From contig NC_086097.1 in assembly GCF_963921235.1 (NCBI RefSeq), positions 139,068,001 through 139,132,000 of the forward strand: 64,000 nucleotides of DNA, in the 5' to 3' direction. The stretch's first letter is position 1, and each line of letters opens with the position of its first letter. Below, piece by piece: positions 51,540-64,000 of this stretch. The position numbers were made by a program, and so were the translations under genes. This DNA is from Mobula hypostoma. Lineage: Eukaryota. Below the pieces are notes generated by a model. It saw only the letters and a program-made list of their open reading frames with translations, did no database searches and had not been told where the DNA came from.

Positions 51540-52668
51540 CCCTCGTCCTAGAAAGGGGCTTCCCTTCCTCCACTATCAACTCTGCTCTTAAACGCATCTC
51601 CCCCATTTCACGTACATCTGCTCTCACTCCATCCTCCCACCACCCCACTAGGAATAGGGTTCCCCTGGTCCTCACCTACCACCCCACCAGCCTCCGGGTC
51701 CAACATATTATTCTCCGTAACTTCCGCCACCTCCAACGGGATCCCACCACTAAGCACATCTTTCCCTCCCCCCCTCTCTCTGCATTCCGCAGGGATCGCT
51801 CCCTACACAACTCCCTTGTCCATTCGTCCCCCGCATCCCTCCCCACTGATCTCCCTCCTGGCACTTATCCGTGTAAGCGGAACAAGTGCTACACATGCCC
51901 TTACACTTCCTCCCTTACCACCATTCAGGGCCCCAAACAGTCCTTCCAGGTGAGGCATCACTTCACCTGTGAGTCGACTGGGGTGATATACTGCGTCCGG
52001 TGCTCCCGATGTGGCCTTTTATATATTGGTGAGACCCGACGCAGACTGGGAGACCGCTTTGCTGAACATCTACGCTCTGTCCGCCAGAGAAAGCAGGATC
52101 TCCCAGTGGCCACGCATTTTAATTCCACATCCCATTCCCATTCTGACATGTCTATCCACGGCCTCCTCTACTGTAAAGATGAAGCCACACTCAGGTTGGA
52201 GGAACAACACCTTATATTCCGTCTGGGTAGCCTCCAACCTGATGGCATGAACATCGACTTCTCTAACTTCCGCTAGGCCCCACCTCCCCCTCGTACCCCA
52301 TCTGTTACTCATTTTTATGCACACATTCTTTCTCTCACTCTCCTTTTTCTCCCTCTGTCCCTCTGAATATACCTCTTGCCCATCCTCTGGCTCACCCCCC
52401 CCCCTTGTCTTTCTTCCCGGACCTCCTGTCCCATGATCCTCTCGTATCCCCTTTTGCCTATCACCTGTCCAGCTCTCGGCTCTATCCCTCCCCCTCCTGT
52501 CTTCTCCTATCATTTTGCATCTCCCCCTCCCCCTCCAGCTTTCAAATCCTTTACTCACTCTTCCTTCAGTTAGTCCTGACGAAGGGTCACGGCCTGAAAC
52601 GTCCACTGCGCCTCTTCCTATAGATGCTGCTTGGCCTGCTGCGTTCACCAGCAACTTTGATGTATGTT
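51540..52668 (+). mobile_element. Young 5'-truncated Penelope-like element with an intact GIY-YIG endonuclease frame
   Basis: ORF 51494-52276: CKRNKCYTC...HFTCESTGVIYCVRCSRCGLLYIGETRRRLGDRFAEHL...NIDFSNFR*, followed by the pLTR tail. Confidence 0.93.
52572..52607 (+). ncRNA. Minimal type I hammerhead ribozyme motif (core intact, one stem I mismatch)
   Basis: AGTC-CTGACGA-AGG gtcacgg CCT-GAAA-CGTC-CACT. Confidence 0.7.
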
Positions 52669-54469
52669 GCCAGTATCTATTCTCAACAATGTTTCATAAC
52701 TGGATAATTTACAACATAATTAGTAACAATAGTTAAATGAAAAGAACTACTGTCACAGGGGCTTTCAACTGAACACATCTGCAATATTAATTTTAATAAG
52801 TGACCATAAAGTAAAATTGCAAATACTCTATACCTTTTGATGCGTACAGAACCACCAGTTCTTTTGAATCCTAAGATAACCATAATACTAATGTGGACAT
52901 GTTAAACCACAAATCAACTATAATTTCAGAGATTCGTTCTGTAATAACTGATTGGCAGAATTCTGACAATCTTTATTCATTAAATTAAAAATCTAAAAGA
53001 TTCCCTGCCTCTGCTTCACATTGATCAGTTGACATGATACTTTATAATGAACAATTATCTGCGAGAATCAATTTGCTCAAATTACAGTAAAATGAAATGT
53101 GCAATATTCCACATTACACTTTCAGCAACAAATGCAAATCCTATTTGCACAAAAAGCTCATCTTCAGTGCTCATTCAGTGTAAAAGTGGCACCCTCTATT
53201 CTTGCTATTGACGTTTCTCATTATCTTGTGCCTAATGTCTCCTGTCAAGATCGGTCAAGAACAAATGTCCGAGGTAATTCTATAGGAAACTCATAAAATA
53301 GAACATCCATCAATAGTAATTTAGAAACATTAAAAAATAACAGAGCACAGAAACCTATTTACTATGCCAAATGCATTTAAGGTCAGTAATGTTAAAAATC
53401 TTACATTGTCTATGTTCTCCATGCCAATTCAGGATAAAGTTATTTAAGCTACAGGAAGAATTATAATAAAGCAAAATAGTTCAGCATAAGATGGAAGGCT
53501 GCAGCCACCCACTGAAACGTTCCTCACGAGAGTATAGTCGCACAGATTCCTTAACAGAGTACTCTTCCTACTTAAGATTAGACAATGAGTGAGTGCTCTG
53601 AGGTGTGAAATTCCAGTCTGAAGTTCCATGCATGAGGCACATGTCTCTGGCATTTCATAACAACATGACTTTTCCCATCATCATTAGTCTATACTTTTTA
53701 GCCTTCAGCTTCAGAAGAAACAGAAGGATGCAATATAATTCATCCCTGGGAATGTATCATTGCAAGAAAATTAATTTCATACAAAAGAAATTCATTACAA
53801 AGTTTCATTAAAAAAATACTTTCTTAATTCATTCTCAGTAAACTTTCCTCACAGAAGCATTTCCAATTGAGACCATCACTGCTTATACTCTGTGGTTGGC
53901 TTACTTAACCAGAGGCTGTTTGCTTTACACTGACAACGTCCAAAGCAATTGAAGGTCTAATAGATTCGAAGCTTCTTAGCAAACTTCCAAAAGTTGCAAA
54001 CTTAACCTAAGGGCGGAAAAAAATGGTAAGAAATAGCAATCCGTAAGTTCATTGGGAAATTCAGGAAAACTTCTTGACTCAAATGATCTAAAGTGTGGAA
54101 CTTGCACCCATTGAGAGTAGATGTGTTGAAATGATATACTGAAGGCTGATAAACACCAGCATGGAGCAGCTGGACTATTTGGTCATCTCTGTGCTATAAA
54201 TGCCAAACAAATCTGTTCAGTAGATCATAAACGTAAAAAAATGCAGAAACAGCTGGGAACAAATGCAATCAGGGCAATCAGCATCTGTAAAGTTAGTAAA
54301 ACAGCAACTAACTGGTCACTCTGCTCCCACTTTCATTTTATTTCAAGGTAGATAGATAGATAGATACTTCATTGATCTAAAAAGAAATTACAGTGTCAGT
54401 ATTATAATGCATATCAGGTTTCAAACAGTAAGAAAGGAACTAACCAATCCCACCAACATGAAAGCTGAC

Positions 54470-54655
54470 CTTTCTTTTCACTCGTGTCCATTTTCTCCAC
54501 TTTCTTTTCCTCTACAGGTTTCCCATCAATCTGCATGAACCTGAAGGGCTGGTCAGAAGCTATCACCAAGCCAGCTCCGTCCTGCTCTACAGCTGCGTAG
54601 TGTGGAGCTTGTACTCCAATCAGAGTTCTGTGCCGTGATACTTCATATTTATTCT
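54470..54655 (-). CDS. NUDCD1: NUDCD1 internal coding exon (186 nt, phase 1->1)
   Basis: Hand translation (not in the ORF track): (E)NKYEVSRHRTLIGVQAPHYAAVEQDGAGLVIASDQPFRFMQIDGKPVEEKKVEKMDTSEKK, similar to human KYEIIKRDILRGKSVPHYAAIEPDGNGLMIVS. Acceptor ttgcag, donor G|gtcagc, phases match both neighbours. Confidence 0.92.
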
Positions 54656-54974
54656 CTGCAAATAAACAAAAACAGCATTACTCTCTGCTTTTGCACTGAA
54701 TCCCGGTAGGTAATTCCATCTTCCCTACAAACTCAAAGCTCCCTTAACTGTTCTACAAAACATTCACTTATTTTGCTTCCATAGGCTACAACTCAGTGGG
54801 GGGGGGGGGGAGGTCTCATTCTTCATTCATAACTCCAGATGATTAGCAATTTTATACTTCATTCAAAATCAGGAAGCCCATCTATTTCTTTCCTCACTAA
54901 TTCTGGGAGATACGAATCATTGGTGGCGAAGCATCTTCTACTTAGACTGAGTTCAACAACTTGCCCCAAATCAA

Positions 54975-55564
54975 TGTTGTAGCATGGATGAAATCATCGG
55001 AGAGACAGAGTCACTGGTAGATACAAAGCAGCTTCTTTATTCGACACAACAAGGTACAGCAGGCATCATACGGACGGAGACGCTTTCGGTAGAAAGGTCT
55101 GCTAGCCCAATGTGGGCTCAATATTTATATGCTAAACACAAGGGGCAATTGCAATCGCTATTTAAAAAGTTATAGACAATGCAAAGACAATGCTTCCTTT
55201 TGAAACTACATACAAAACATCACACCTTCTGACTTCCTCCTTTCCTTCCGACGCCAACATGTCTTGGTTGGTACTCATAGCCTTTAGGAGTGCAAGTCAA
55301 ATTCACAATACATTTATTTGGTATTTTACATGCTAACATAGAAGACAATTAATATTATAAAGTATAGATAATACTATCTTCGAAACTACCTGTAAACTTC
55401 ACACTTCCATCCGCAGCATCTGGCTAGTATCGTGATATTCACGACTTTTAGGAAATGCATTGTTGTGAACTCATCCACAGTACTTTGTCAAATAGAAGAC
55501 TGGTGGCCAGAGTCATTCAAGTGTAAATGAATCATCCACCCAAAAACTCACTTGAACAGTCCCA
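54975..55564 (-). mobile_element. Solo-LTR-like insertion
   Basis: TG...CA ends flanked by AATCAA on both sides (54969-54974 and 55565-55570; the repeat extends to CCCAAATCAA). On the minus strand a TATA-like ATATAAA (~55104-55110) lies upstream of AATAAA (~55036-55041). Confidence 0.6.
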
Positions 55565-57429
55565 AATCAAAGAACCTCCCATAAGAAAGCATAACATAAA
55601 AGCAAATCAGTAAGAGATGTAAATGATGATATAAACTTCTGCAGTTAATTAAAATGGCCTCTTATAGACAGAAACAAGAGAAATTATAGTGGGGAAATGA
55701 GGAAGTGGCAAGAATATTGAATGCTTGACATCTGTTTCCTCACAGGAGTCACAGATTAGCACTCCAGAAATCATGGTGAACTCAACTAAATTAGTAATAA
55801 AAATGAAACTGCACTGGAAAGGACCTGAGAGGAGTCTTTTCAGTTCTTCATCAAAAGGCCTGAGAATGTTCAGTCAATCGGAGATATGAGATAATGCAGG
55901 AAAATGAAGATGACCCAGAAGATCAGCTCAATAACTTATATTATGATCTACTCTTCCTTGTTGGTTTGGTCTGGCCTGAGTGTTAACCACTTAGCTCTTG
56001 GGGTTGTTTTCTCATAGGGCACAATTATGACCTCTTCTATGGAGTAGTCATCATTCAGCACTTATGAAATGATTCAATTAAAGCACAGAAACAAACTATC
56101 TGTCATTCAAATTTAATATATCTGACACTAAGACTAGCTTAATCATGAGGGTACTAAATACTGTTATTTTAGAAGAGAAGGAACACAGAAGAGTTCTTTG
56201 TAAATTCATCATGAACAGGATGTACAACTTGCAAATCACAATGGGAACATAAGTAATAAGATCATTGCCTTTTGAGGCAGATTAACTATTCAATAAGATC
56301 ATAGCCGAGGAGGCCTATTGCTTTAATTCTATTTTGCTCCTGATTACTAAGTTCCAAAACTGGAACTCAACCACAAATACATTTAATGACTCAGCACTTA
56401 CTGCTCTATGGTACCGGGAAATCCAGATTTAGAACTGTATGTAAGAAAAAAATCCACATTAAATGGCTGACTCTCCATTATCATGTCAAGAACCTTCGGA
56501 ATCTTGCACTTCAGTACTCCCCTTCTACAAGTCAAACTCAATAAACCTAATCTCCTTATCCTAAGAATCTATTCTTCCTTAAACACCCAAATACATTTGC
56601 TTAAATTCATAATCTGCCACTTTAATGCTCTTACTTTCCCCAAGCAGCAAGGCTGATCAACACCTCTACCTACTAACTCCACCACTATTTAATTATTTCC
56701 TGTCAGTCACTTTATGTACGGCCTAGTGTCACTTTATGGACATACAAACAATGTATACAAGCTATCTCAAGTATTTATGTTTGTGTTTTTTTAATTACTA
56801 TTGTGCTCGTTATCTTTGCTAGGGTTTGTTTTGTGTTGCATCGGATGCAGAGTAACAATTATTTCAAACTCCTTTAAACTTGTGTATGGGAAATGACATT
56901 AACCTATCTTGAATCTTCTGCTCAGACTTCTCACTTCCACCTGCTATTAAGAGTAAGCCCATCCCAAACTAAGTTGTTTCATACCAAACCAACATCTCAC
57001 CAGAGTCTTGGGCTCATTAGTCTGCACTGGCTTCTGATCCAACAAATCCTTGAAATACAATTTCTTATCCTAGTGTTGAAATTTCTACGACTTCACCCCT
57101 CACATGTGCTGTAAATCTCTTCCAACCTGACAACCACAAGAACCCAAATGGCATCTTCCACACAGCGTTTCAACAAGATATGTCAAATGAAGGTTAGAAA
57201 GTGAATCAGCTATCACTGCTGAATTGTATCCTGGCATACTTCACCATACAAGGAATTTTCAATTACTCTTAACTTTGATATAATTTTATTCAATGTGTCC
57301 ATTAATCTAAATTTAAATCATGCTCTAATGTCCAACCTTGAAAGTCCATTACTTAATTCAAACTATTGCTAATCCTTCAACTTGAATGCCACCCAATAGA
57401 CAGGCACTTCACATCTGCTGAAACAGATA

Positions 57430-59945
57430 CTTGTGATGCGTAATCAGTATGCACAAAACTGCACACCCTGATCCCTTCCCTATCATTGCAAAAGAGGTCT
57501 CTGAACATATCAACCAACAACATATTACCTGTGGAACCAGAGGAGCCAACAATCACACTTGACGACTGTTACATCACAATCAAGAATGCTAACTGTGCCA
57601 TCCCACATTCGCACTTTGGAAATTCTAATTACCTGGCTGTACTTCTAATCCCAGCATATGGGCAGAGACTAAAAACTGCAGCACCAGTGGGGAGGACCAA
57701 GAAGCTATGAACAAGGAGGCAGAGGAGCACCTACAGGACTGCTTTGAGTGGTGGACTGGACAATATTCAGGGATTTATCTTTGAATCTGAATGAATGCAC
57801 CCCAGTTGTCACTGACTTCATCAAGACCTGTGTGGATGCCTTCAAGAACGTACCAGACATACTCAAACTAAAAGCAGTGGAGGAACCAAGAGATTCAGTC
57901 TGCTGAGGACTAGATCTATGGCATTCAAGACCAGTAATCCAAAAATATACAAGTCATCCAGATACAACCTACAGAAGGCTATTTTAAGGGCAAAAAACAA
58001 TCTCAATTGAGGTTAGAGACAGAAGCGGATGCACATCAGTTCTGGCAGGGTTTGCAGGTCATTACTTCCCTCAAAGCAAAACCTAACATCATGAATGGTT
58101 GTGATGTTTGACTCCCAGATGACCTCAAAGCCTTCATGCATGCTTTGAAAGGAAGAATAAAAACTACGCCCATGTGAGTCTCTACAGCCTCCAGTGACCC
58201 TGTTATCTCTGTCTTGGAGGCTGACATCAGATCAGGCTCTGATGGTATACCTGGTAGGGCTCTGAAAACCTGTCCCCAACCAACTGGGAGGAGTGTACAA
58301 GAATATCTTCAATCTCTCAGTGCTGTAGTTGCAGGTTCCCAACCTCTTCAAATGGGTGACAATCATACCAGTGCCCAAGAACAGGATGAGCAGCCTCAAG
58401 GACTATCACCTAGTGGAACTCACATCTACTGTGATGAAGTGCTTTGAGAGGTTGGTCATGGTTAGAATCAACACCTAGCTAAGCAAACACCTGGACCTGC
58501 TGCAATTTGCATACCACGACTATAGGTCTACAGTGGATGCAATCTCACTGGCTCATTGACTACAACTCAGCATCCAACACAACTCAGTTCTAATCAACAA
58601 GCTCCAAACCCTGGGTTTCTGCATCTCCCTCCGCAATTGGATCCTTCATTTCCTCACTGGGAGACCACAGTCTGTGTGAATGGGAAATAACATCACTTCC
58701 TAGCTAACAATCAAAACTGGCGCACCTCAAGGATGCGCATTTAGCCCACTGCTCTACTCTCACTACATCTACAATTGTGTGGCTAGGTACAGCTTAAATT
58801 CCATCTATAAATTTGCCAACAACACAACAATTGTCAGCGAATTTCAGATGGTGATAAGGTGGTGTACAGGAGCAAGATAGGTCAGCTGGTTGAGTGGTAT
58901 TAAAGCAACTACCTTGCAGTCAACATCAGTAAGACAAGGGAATTGATTGTGGACCTCAGAAAGGGGAAGAGGAAGGAACACCCACCAGTCCTCCTCAGGG
59001 GATCAGAACTGGAAAAGGTGAGCATTTTCAAGTTCCTGGGTGTCAACATCCCTGAGGATCTATCCTGGGTCCAACTTGTTGATGCAATTACAAAGAAAGC
59101 AGAACAGTGGCTATATTTTATTAAGAGTTTGAGGAGAATTGGCATGTCACCAAAGACACTGGCAAATTTCTACAGATGTATCGTGGAGAGCATCAGCATC
59201 TGGTTATAGAGGGGCCACGGTACAGGATCAAAAAAAGATGCAAAAAGTTGTAAACTCAGCCATCTCCATCATGGGCATTAGCCTCGCTAGCAGAGGACAC
59301 CTTCAAAAGGTGATGCCTCAAAAGGGTGGTATCTATCACGTAGGACCCCCATCACTAAGGACATGCCCTCTTCTCATTGTTACCTTCAAAGAAGGTGGCC
59401 AGGAGCCTGAAGACACACACTCAACATTTCAGGAACATCTTCTTCTCTTCCGCCATCAGATTTCTGAATGGTCAATGAACCCATGAACACTACCTCAGTA
59501 TTATTTTCCTCTCTTTTTGCACTACTTATTTAATTAAATTTTCTTTTCTCATATATACTTCTTATCATAAATTTATATATTTCTGGGTGCCATGGTGCTA
59601 TAGTGGTTAGCACAACGCGATTACAGCTGGGGGTGTTCCAGAGTTCGGAGTTCATTTCCAGTACTGTTCTATAAGGAGTGTCTATACATCCTCCCCATGG
59701 AACGAGTGGGTTTTTCCCAAGTGCTTTGGTTTCCTCCCACAGTACAAAGAAGTACTGGGTAGGTTAATTGGTCATTGTAAGTTGTCCCGTGATTAGATTA
59801 GGGTTAATTGGGGTTGTGGGATTGCTACGGCAGCGCAAGTCAAAGAACCGAGAGAGCCTACTCCACGCTGTATCGTTAAATTTAAAAAATTCTTTGTATC
59901 ACAATGTACTGCTGCTGCAAAACATCATATTTCACATTAATATGT
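57430..59945 (+). mobile_element. Degraded Rex1/Babar-type LINE (V-SINE inserted in its tail)
   Basis: TLDDCY...PHSHFGNSNYLAVLL, TGAPQGC..SPLLYS, FKFLGVNIPEDLSW, LANFYRCIVES. Confidence 0.85.
59586..59890 (+). mobile_element. HE1-like V-SINE
   Basis: ggtgctatagtggttagcacaacg...ggagttcattcc head and V-domain tgggtttttcccaagtgctttggtttcctcccacagtacaaaga. Confidence 0.8.
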
Positions 59946-60578
59946 TTAATGTTTAACATCACTAGCATACGTTGTGAAATTTGTGTTCTGTGGTAGCAGT
60001 ACAGTGCAATGCAAAAAGTATTTTTTTCATTCACTGGAAAACTAAATAAATCCAACACAACATGCCAATTTGATTAAATAATGTGCCCTGAGACAACAGA
60101 AGGTACTGATCTAATCAATGGTTTCAGACTATACTGCCTAATAACTCTTGTTTTGATCCTGAGCTTAATGCACCTGCTCATCAAACCTGTCTGATCTGAA
60201 ATTAATTGCAAAAATGTATTACTTCCAATAAGCCCTTTAATATGTTATCAATAACAAGACACCAAATTTGTCAAGTACAAATTCAAATTCCTAAAATTCA
60301 ATGCAAATTGTATATACAGTAGAACTATCAATGTAAACCATGAATGTCTGGAATTCCATCATTTTATTCCGTAATGTTTTCCAATATATATCAATCATTT
60401 TTCACAGCAGTGAGGAAGAGCTTCAGGACATGAATTCCTAACATTGCACTGTGCTTTATTGTTCTTTCCCAACCTTCATTCACTCCACTCAATATTGTTT
60501 TTAAGATAAGTATTCAGTGACATGCTCCAAGATAATCTCCACAATAACTAGCAATTTACTGTACTGGTTATAACTCAC

Positions 60579-60759
60579 CATTATTCTCACAAGTAATGGT
60601 TAGCCAATCAATTGCTGAATGAAACCCACTTCCCTTGACGTTAGATTCATCTTTCTCTGTCTTGAGTAAAACAACATCTATTAAGTTAGTGTTGTCTTTT
60701 ACAAATGAATGACTATGGATTATCACAAAGGGTTCTCCCAGTTCTTGTTGGAACATTAT
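60579..60759 (-). CDS. NUDCD1: NUDCD1 internal coding exon (181 nt, phase 0->1)
   Basis: Translates IMFQQELGEPFVIIHSHSFVKDNTNLIDVVLLKTEKDESNVKGSGFHSAIDWLTITCENN, matching recalled human NUDCD1 IMFNEELGDPFIIIHS...KGSGFYVSLEWVTI. Acceptor ttacag and donor G|gtgagt. Confidence 0.93.
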
Positions 60760-60904
60760 CTGTAAGAGAGAAAAATAATCAGATTAGAATGGAACACCCT
60801 CAAAAAGGTGCATCACCAAAGTACAAAACTACTGATTTGTTAAGGAAGCAAGGAAGAGATTGCTGCATCTTTGGCCACGACCTTTGTGTTCCCCTCTCAT
60901 TCAG

Positions 60905-61620
60905 AAATAAAAGAGGCATGGGATCCAAGGAAAATTGACTATGTATTCTGAATTGGCTTGCCCGAAGACGACAGACGGTGGAGGTAGATGGAGAGAATTC
61001 TGCCCGGAGGTCCGTGACTAGTGGTCGACAGGGATCTATTATGGGCCCCTGCTCATTATGGTTTGTATAAATTACTTGGGTGAGGAAGTGGAAAGGTGGG
61101 TCAGTATGTTTGTAGATGATATGAAAGTTGGTGGGTTGGTGGTATCGTCCATAGTGTAAACATTGTCATAGGTTACAATGGGACATTGATAGGAGTTGTA
61201 CTGAGAAGTGACAGATGAAGTTCTATTCAGAAAAGTGTGATGTGAAACACTTTGGAAGATCAAACTTGATGGCAGAGTACAAAGGTAATGGCAGGATTCT
61301 TGGCAGTGTGGAAGAGAGGGATCTTGGGGTCCAAGTACACAGGCCCCTCAAAGTTGCTGTACAAACTAATAGGATAGTTAGGTCTTCATTAGTTGGGGGA
61401 CAGAGTCCAAGAGCGGCAAGGTACTGTTGTAGCTCTATAAAATTCTGGTTAGACCACACTTAGAATATCGTGTTCAGTTCTGGAAGGATTTAGAGAGAGC
61501 ATAGAGCAGTTAAACCAGGCGCTGCCTGGAGTAGGGAACATTTCTTATGAGGAAAAGTAAGTGAGCAAAGGTTTTTCTCTTTGGTGTGAATGAGGATGAG
61601 AGGAGACTTGTATAAGATTG
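60905..61620 (+). mobile_element. Degraded CR1 RT fragment
   Basis: VSMFVDDMKVGG, EKCDVKHFGRSN, ERDLGVQVH, LVRPHLEY.VQFW. Confidence 0.85.
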
Positions 61621-61622
61621 TA

Positions 61623-62035
61623 CACTCAGTGGCCACTTTATTAGTACCTCCTGTACCTAATAATATGGCCAATAAGTGTATGTTCATGAACTTCTGCTGC
61701 TGTAGTCCATCCACTTCAAGATTTGATGTGTTGTGCGTTGAAAGATGTTCTTCAGCACATCACTGTTGCAACACATGGTTATCTGAGTTACTGTTGCCTT
61801 CCTGTCAGCTTGACTCAGTCTGCCATTCTCCTCTAACCAGGCATTTTTGCCCAAAGAACTGTCACAGTGGATTTTTTTTTTGTTTTAAGCACCATTCCCT
61901 AAACTCTAGAGAATGTTGTACATGAAAATCCCAAGAGATTAGCAGTTTCTGGGATACTCAAACCACCCCAGCTAGCACCAACAATCACTCCACGGTCAAC
62001 GTCACTTAGATCACATTTCTTCCTCATGCTGATAT
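61623..62035 (-). mobile_element. Tc1/mariner remnant
   Basis: TA|CACTCAGTGGCCACTTTATTAG TIR with a local inverted copy (to ~61680), and the N-terminal HTH MRKKCDLSDVDRGVIVGA..GGLSI.ETANLLGFS.TT.SRV. Confidence 0.8.
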
Positions 62036-62039
62036 ACAA

Positions 62040-64000
62040 GATGGCCTCCCAAGCCATGCTGAAACGCGGACAGGTGAGGCCTCCTCTATCCAGCATCTTG
62101 CTGGCAAATGTGTAGTCAGTGAAAAACAAAATTGTGGATCCGAGGGCAAGACTGCTGTATCAAAGAGAACTGAGAACCTGTTTCATTGAATGCTTTATTG
62201 AAATACGGCTTGACTGGGCATGCCAGAGTCAGCAGTCAAACCAGAAGGATTCTCGATTTACAGAATGGACCAAATTACTGATTCGGGAAAAGCACGAGGA
62301 AGAAGTGTGTGTTTTATGATAAACTCTTATTGGTGCTCCGACATGGCAGCTTTGTCAAACTCCTGCTTCCCCCGACCTTGAACACCAAACGATCAAATGC
62401 CATCAGTTCTATTTACCAAAGTAATTCTTGTCCATAATTCTGACTGCAGTTTACAGAAACAAGAAACAGCCCATCTCGATGCATTTCAAATCATAGTCAG
62501 AGATTTCAACCAGGCTTGCTTGAAGAAAACCCTGCCCAATAACCACGAGTATATATCCTGTAGCAGCAAGGTCCCAACATACCAGACCACTGTTATACGA
62601 AGATAAGGAATGCTTACCGTTCCTCACCGAGACTGCATTTTGGTAAATCAGATCACTTGACTGTCCTTCTACCTGTATAAAGGTAGAGGCTAAAGTGCAA
62701 AGCTCCAGAGATTAGAACAACAAAGAGGTGGTTGCAGGAGGCAGAGGAGCAGTTACTGGACTGTTTTCAATCAGTGGACTAGGGTGTGTCCAAGCACTCA
62801 TCTAGAGAGATATACGAATACACCATTCACTGTAAAACAGCTGTGGATGAGTGTGTTCCCATTAAATCATTCAGAGTCTTCCCCAATCAGAAGGCCTGGA
62901 TGAACCATGAAATCCAAAATCAGCTGAGGGCCAGAGGAGAGGCATTCAAGTCTGGCAACCAAGAAGGTTACAAGAAGATAATGTACGATCTCTGGAAACC
63001 CATCTCGCGGGTGAAGTGGGAATTCCGGACCGAACTTGAATCAACAAGATGCTCAACAGTTGTGGCAGGGCTTGAATGCTATCACCTCTTATAATGTTAA
63101 ACCAAGCGACATGGGAGACATCAGGGCTTCGCTTCCAGGTGAGCTCAATACCTTCTATGCTCGCTTTGGTCGTCAGAACATGGAGGAACCATTGCAAATT
63201 CCCACATCCCTGGTTGATCCTCTAATTTCAGTCTTTGAAGCCGACATGTAGGCTGCCTTCTGGAGGATGAACCCACGAAAAGCATCCAGAATGAACTTAC
63301 TAAAGACCTGTGTTGATCAACTGGCTGGTGTATTCACTGAGATCTTTAACCCCTTGCTTCGGTAATGTGTAATACCCATCTGTTGCAAGCAAGCTTCAAT
63401 TATTCCAGCGTCCAAGAAGAGTGTGGTGATCTGCTCAATCACTACCATCCACAGTGATGAAGTGTTTTGAGGTGTTGGTAATGAAACAGGTCAGATCCTG
63501 CCTGAAAGAAAACTTGGCTCCGCTCCAATTTGCCTACCAGAGTAACAGGTCCATGGCAGATGTCATCTCATTGGTTCTTCACAATCCTGGAACAACTGGG
63601 CAGTAAAGATGCACAGATCAGGATGCTCTATATCGACTTCAGGTCAGCATTCAATACCATCGTTCCATCAAAACTAATCAATAAGCTCCAAGACCATGGC
63701 CTCAATACCTTCTTGTGAAATTGGATCCTGGATTTCTTCACTTGTAAACTCCAGTCAGTTCGGATTGGCAATATTGCCACCATGATCTCCATCAGCACAG
63801 GTGCACCACAAGGCTTTGTCTTCAGTCTTCTGCTCTACTCACTTTACACTTATGACTGTGGGCTAAGCACAGTCCCAATGCCATATTCAAGTATGCTGAT
63901 GATACCATTGTAGTGGGCCGCATCAAAAATGGTAATAAGTCAGCTTACAGGAGGGAGATTGAAAATCAGTCTGAGTGGTGTCATAACAACCTCTTACTCA
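62040..64000 (+). mobile_element. Degraded Rex1/Babar-type LINE running off the window end
   Basis: [52 protein letters not shown]. Confidence 0.88.

Noticed and set aside
51494..52276. Stand-alone GIY-YIG nuclease gene
   Set aside because: It is a 5'-truncated Penelope copy. The ATG and first ~15 codons come from flanking DNA, and many sister fragments are present in the window.
52070..52654. 194-aa minus ORF, and the C-terminal part of the 211-aa ORF 43715-44350
   Set aside because: These are antisense or 3' UTR read-through frames of Penelope tails, with low-complexity composition.
59586..59660. tRNA gene
   Set aside because: It is the degenerate tRNA-derived head of a V-SINE and no full cloverleaf is evident. 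The same applies to 38955-39020.

Overview
Eukaryotic genomic DNA, most likely from a cartilaginous fish (ray/shark, inferred from HE1-like V-SINEs, abundant CR1-type LINEs and the Penelope family present). The whole window lies inside the NUDCD1 gene on the minus strand. Five internal coding exons (60759-60579, 54655-54470, 45197-44993, 13437-13293, 850-725) splice in frame, one of them through a non-canonical GC donor that opens a ~31.5-kb intron. The introns are filled with transposable elements: CR1, L2, Rex1/Babar and RTE LINEs, Penelope-like elements, Gypsy and Copia LTR remnants, Tigger/Tc1/hAT remnants and V-SINEs. Most of the supplied ORFs are fragments or antisense frames of these repeats. 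The most notable observations are: (1) minimal hammerhead-ribozyme motifs in the Penelope tails, one intact and on the transcribed strand; (2) a near-identical inverted Penelope pair bracketing the GC-donor exon, a possible circRNA or exon-skipping set-up; (3) an intronless RBM25 retrocopy fused to a Gypsy gag-protease segment and lacking an internal 18-aa block; (4) a GalEa-like Copia remnant. No prokaryotic-type system (CRISPR, operon) is present. Family and gene names come from recalled motif and protein similarity, not from database searches.
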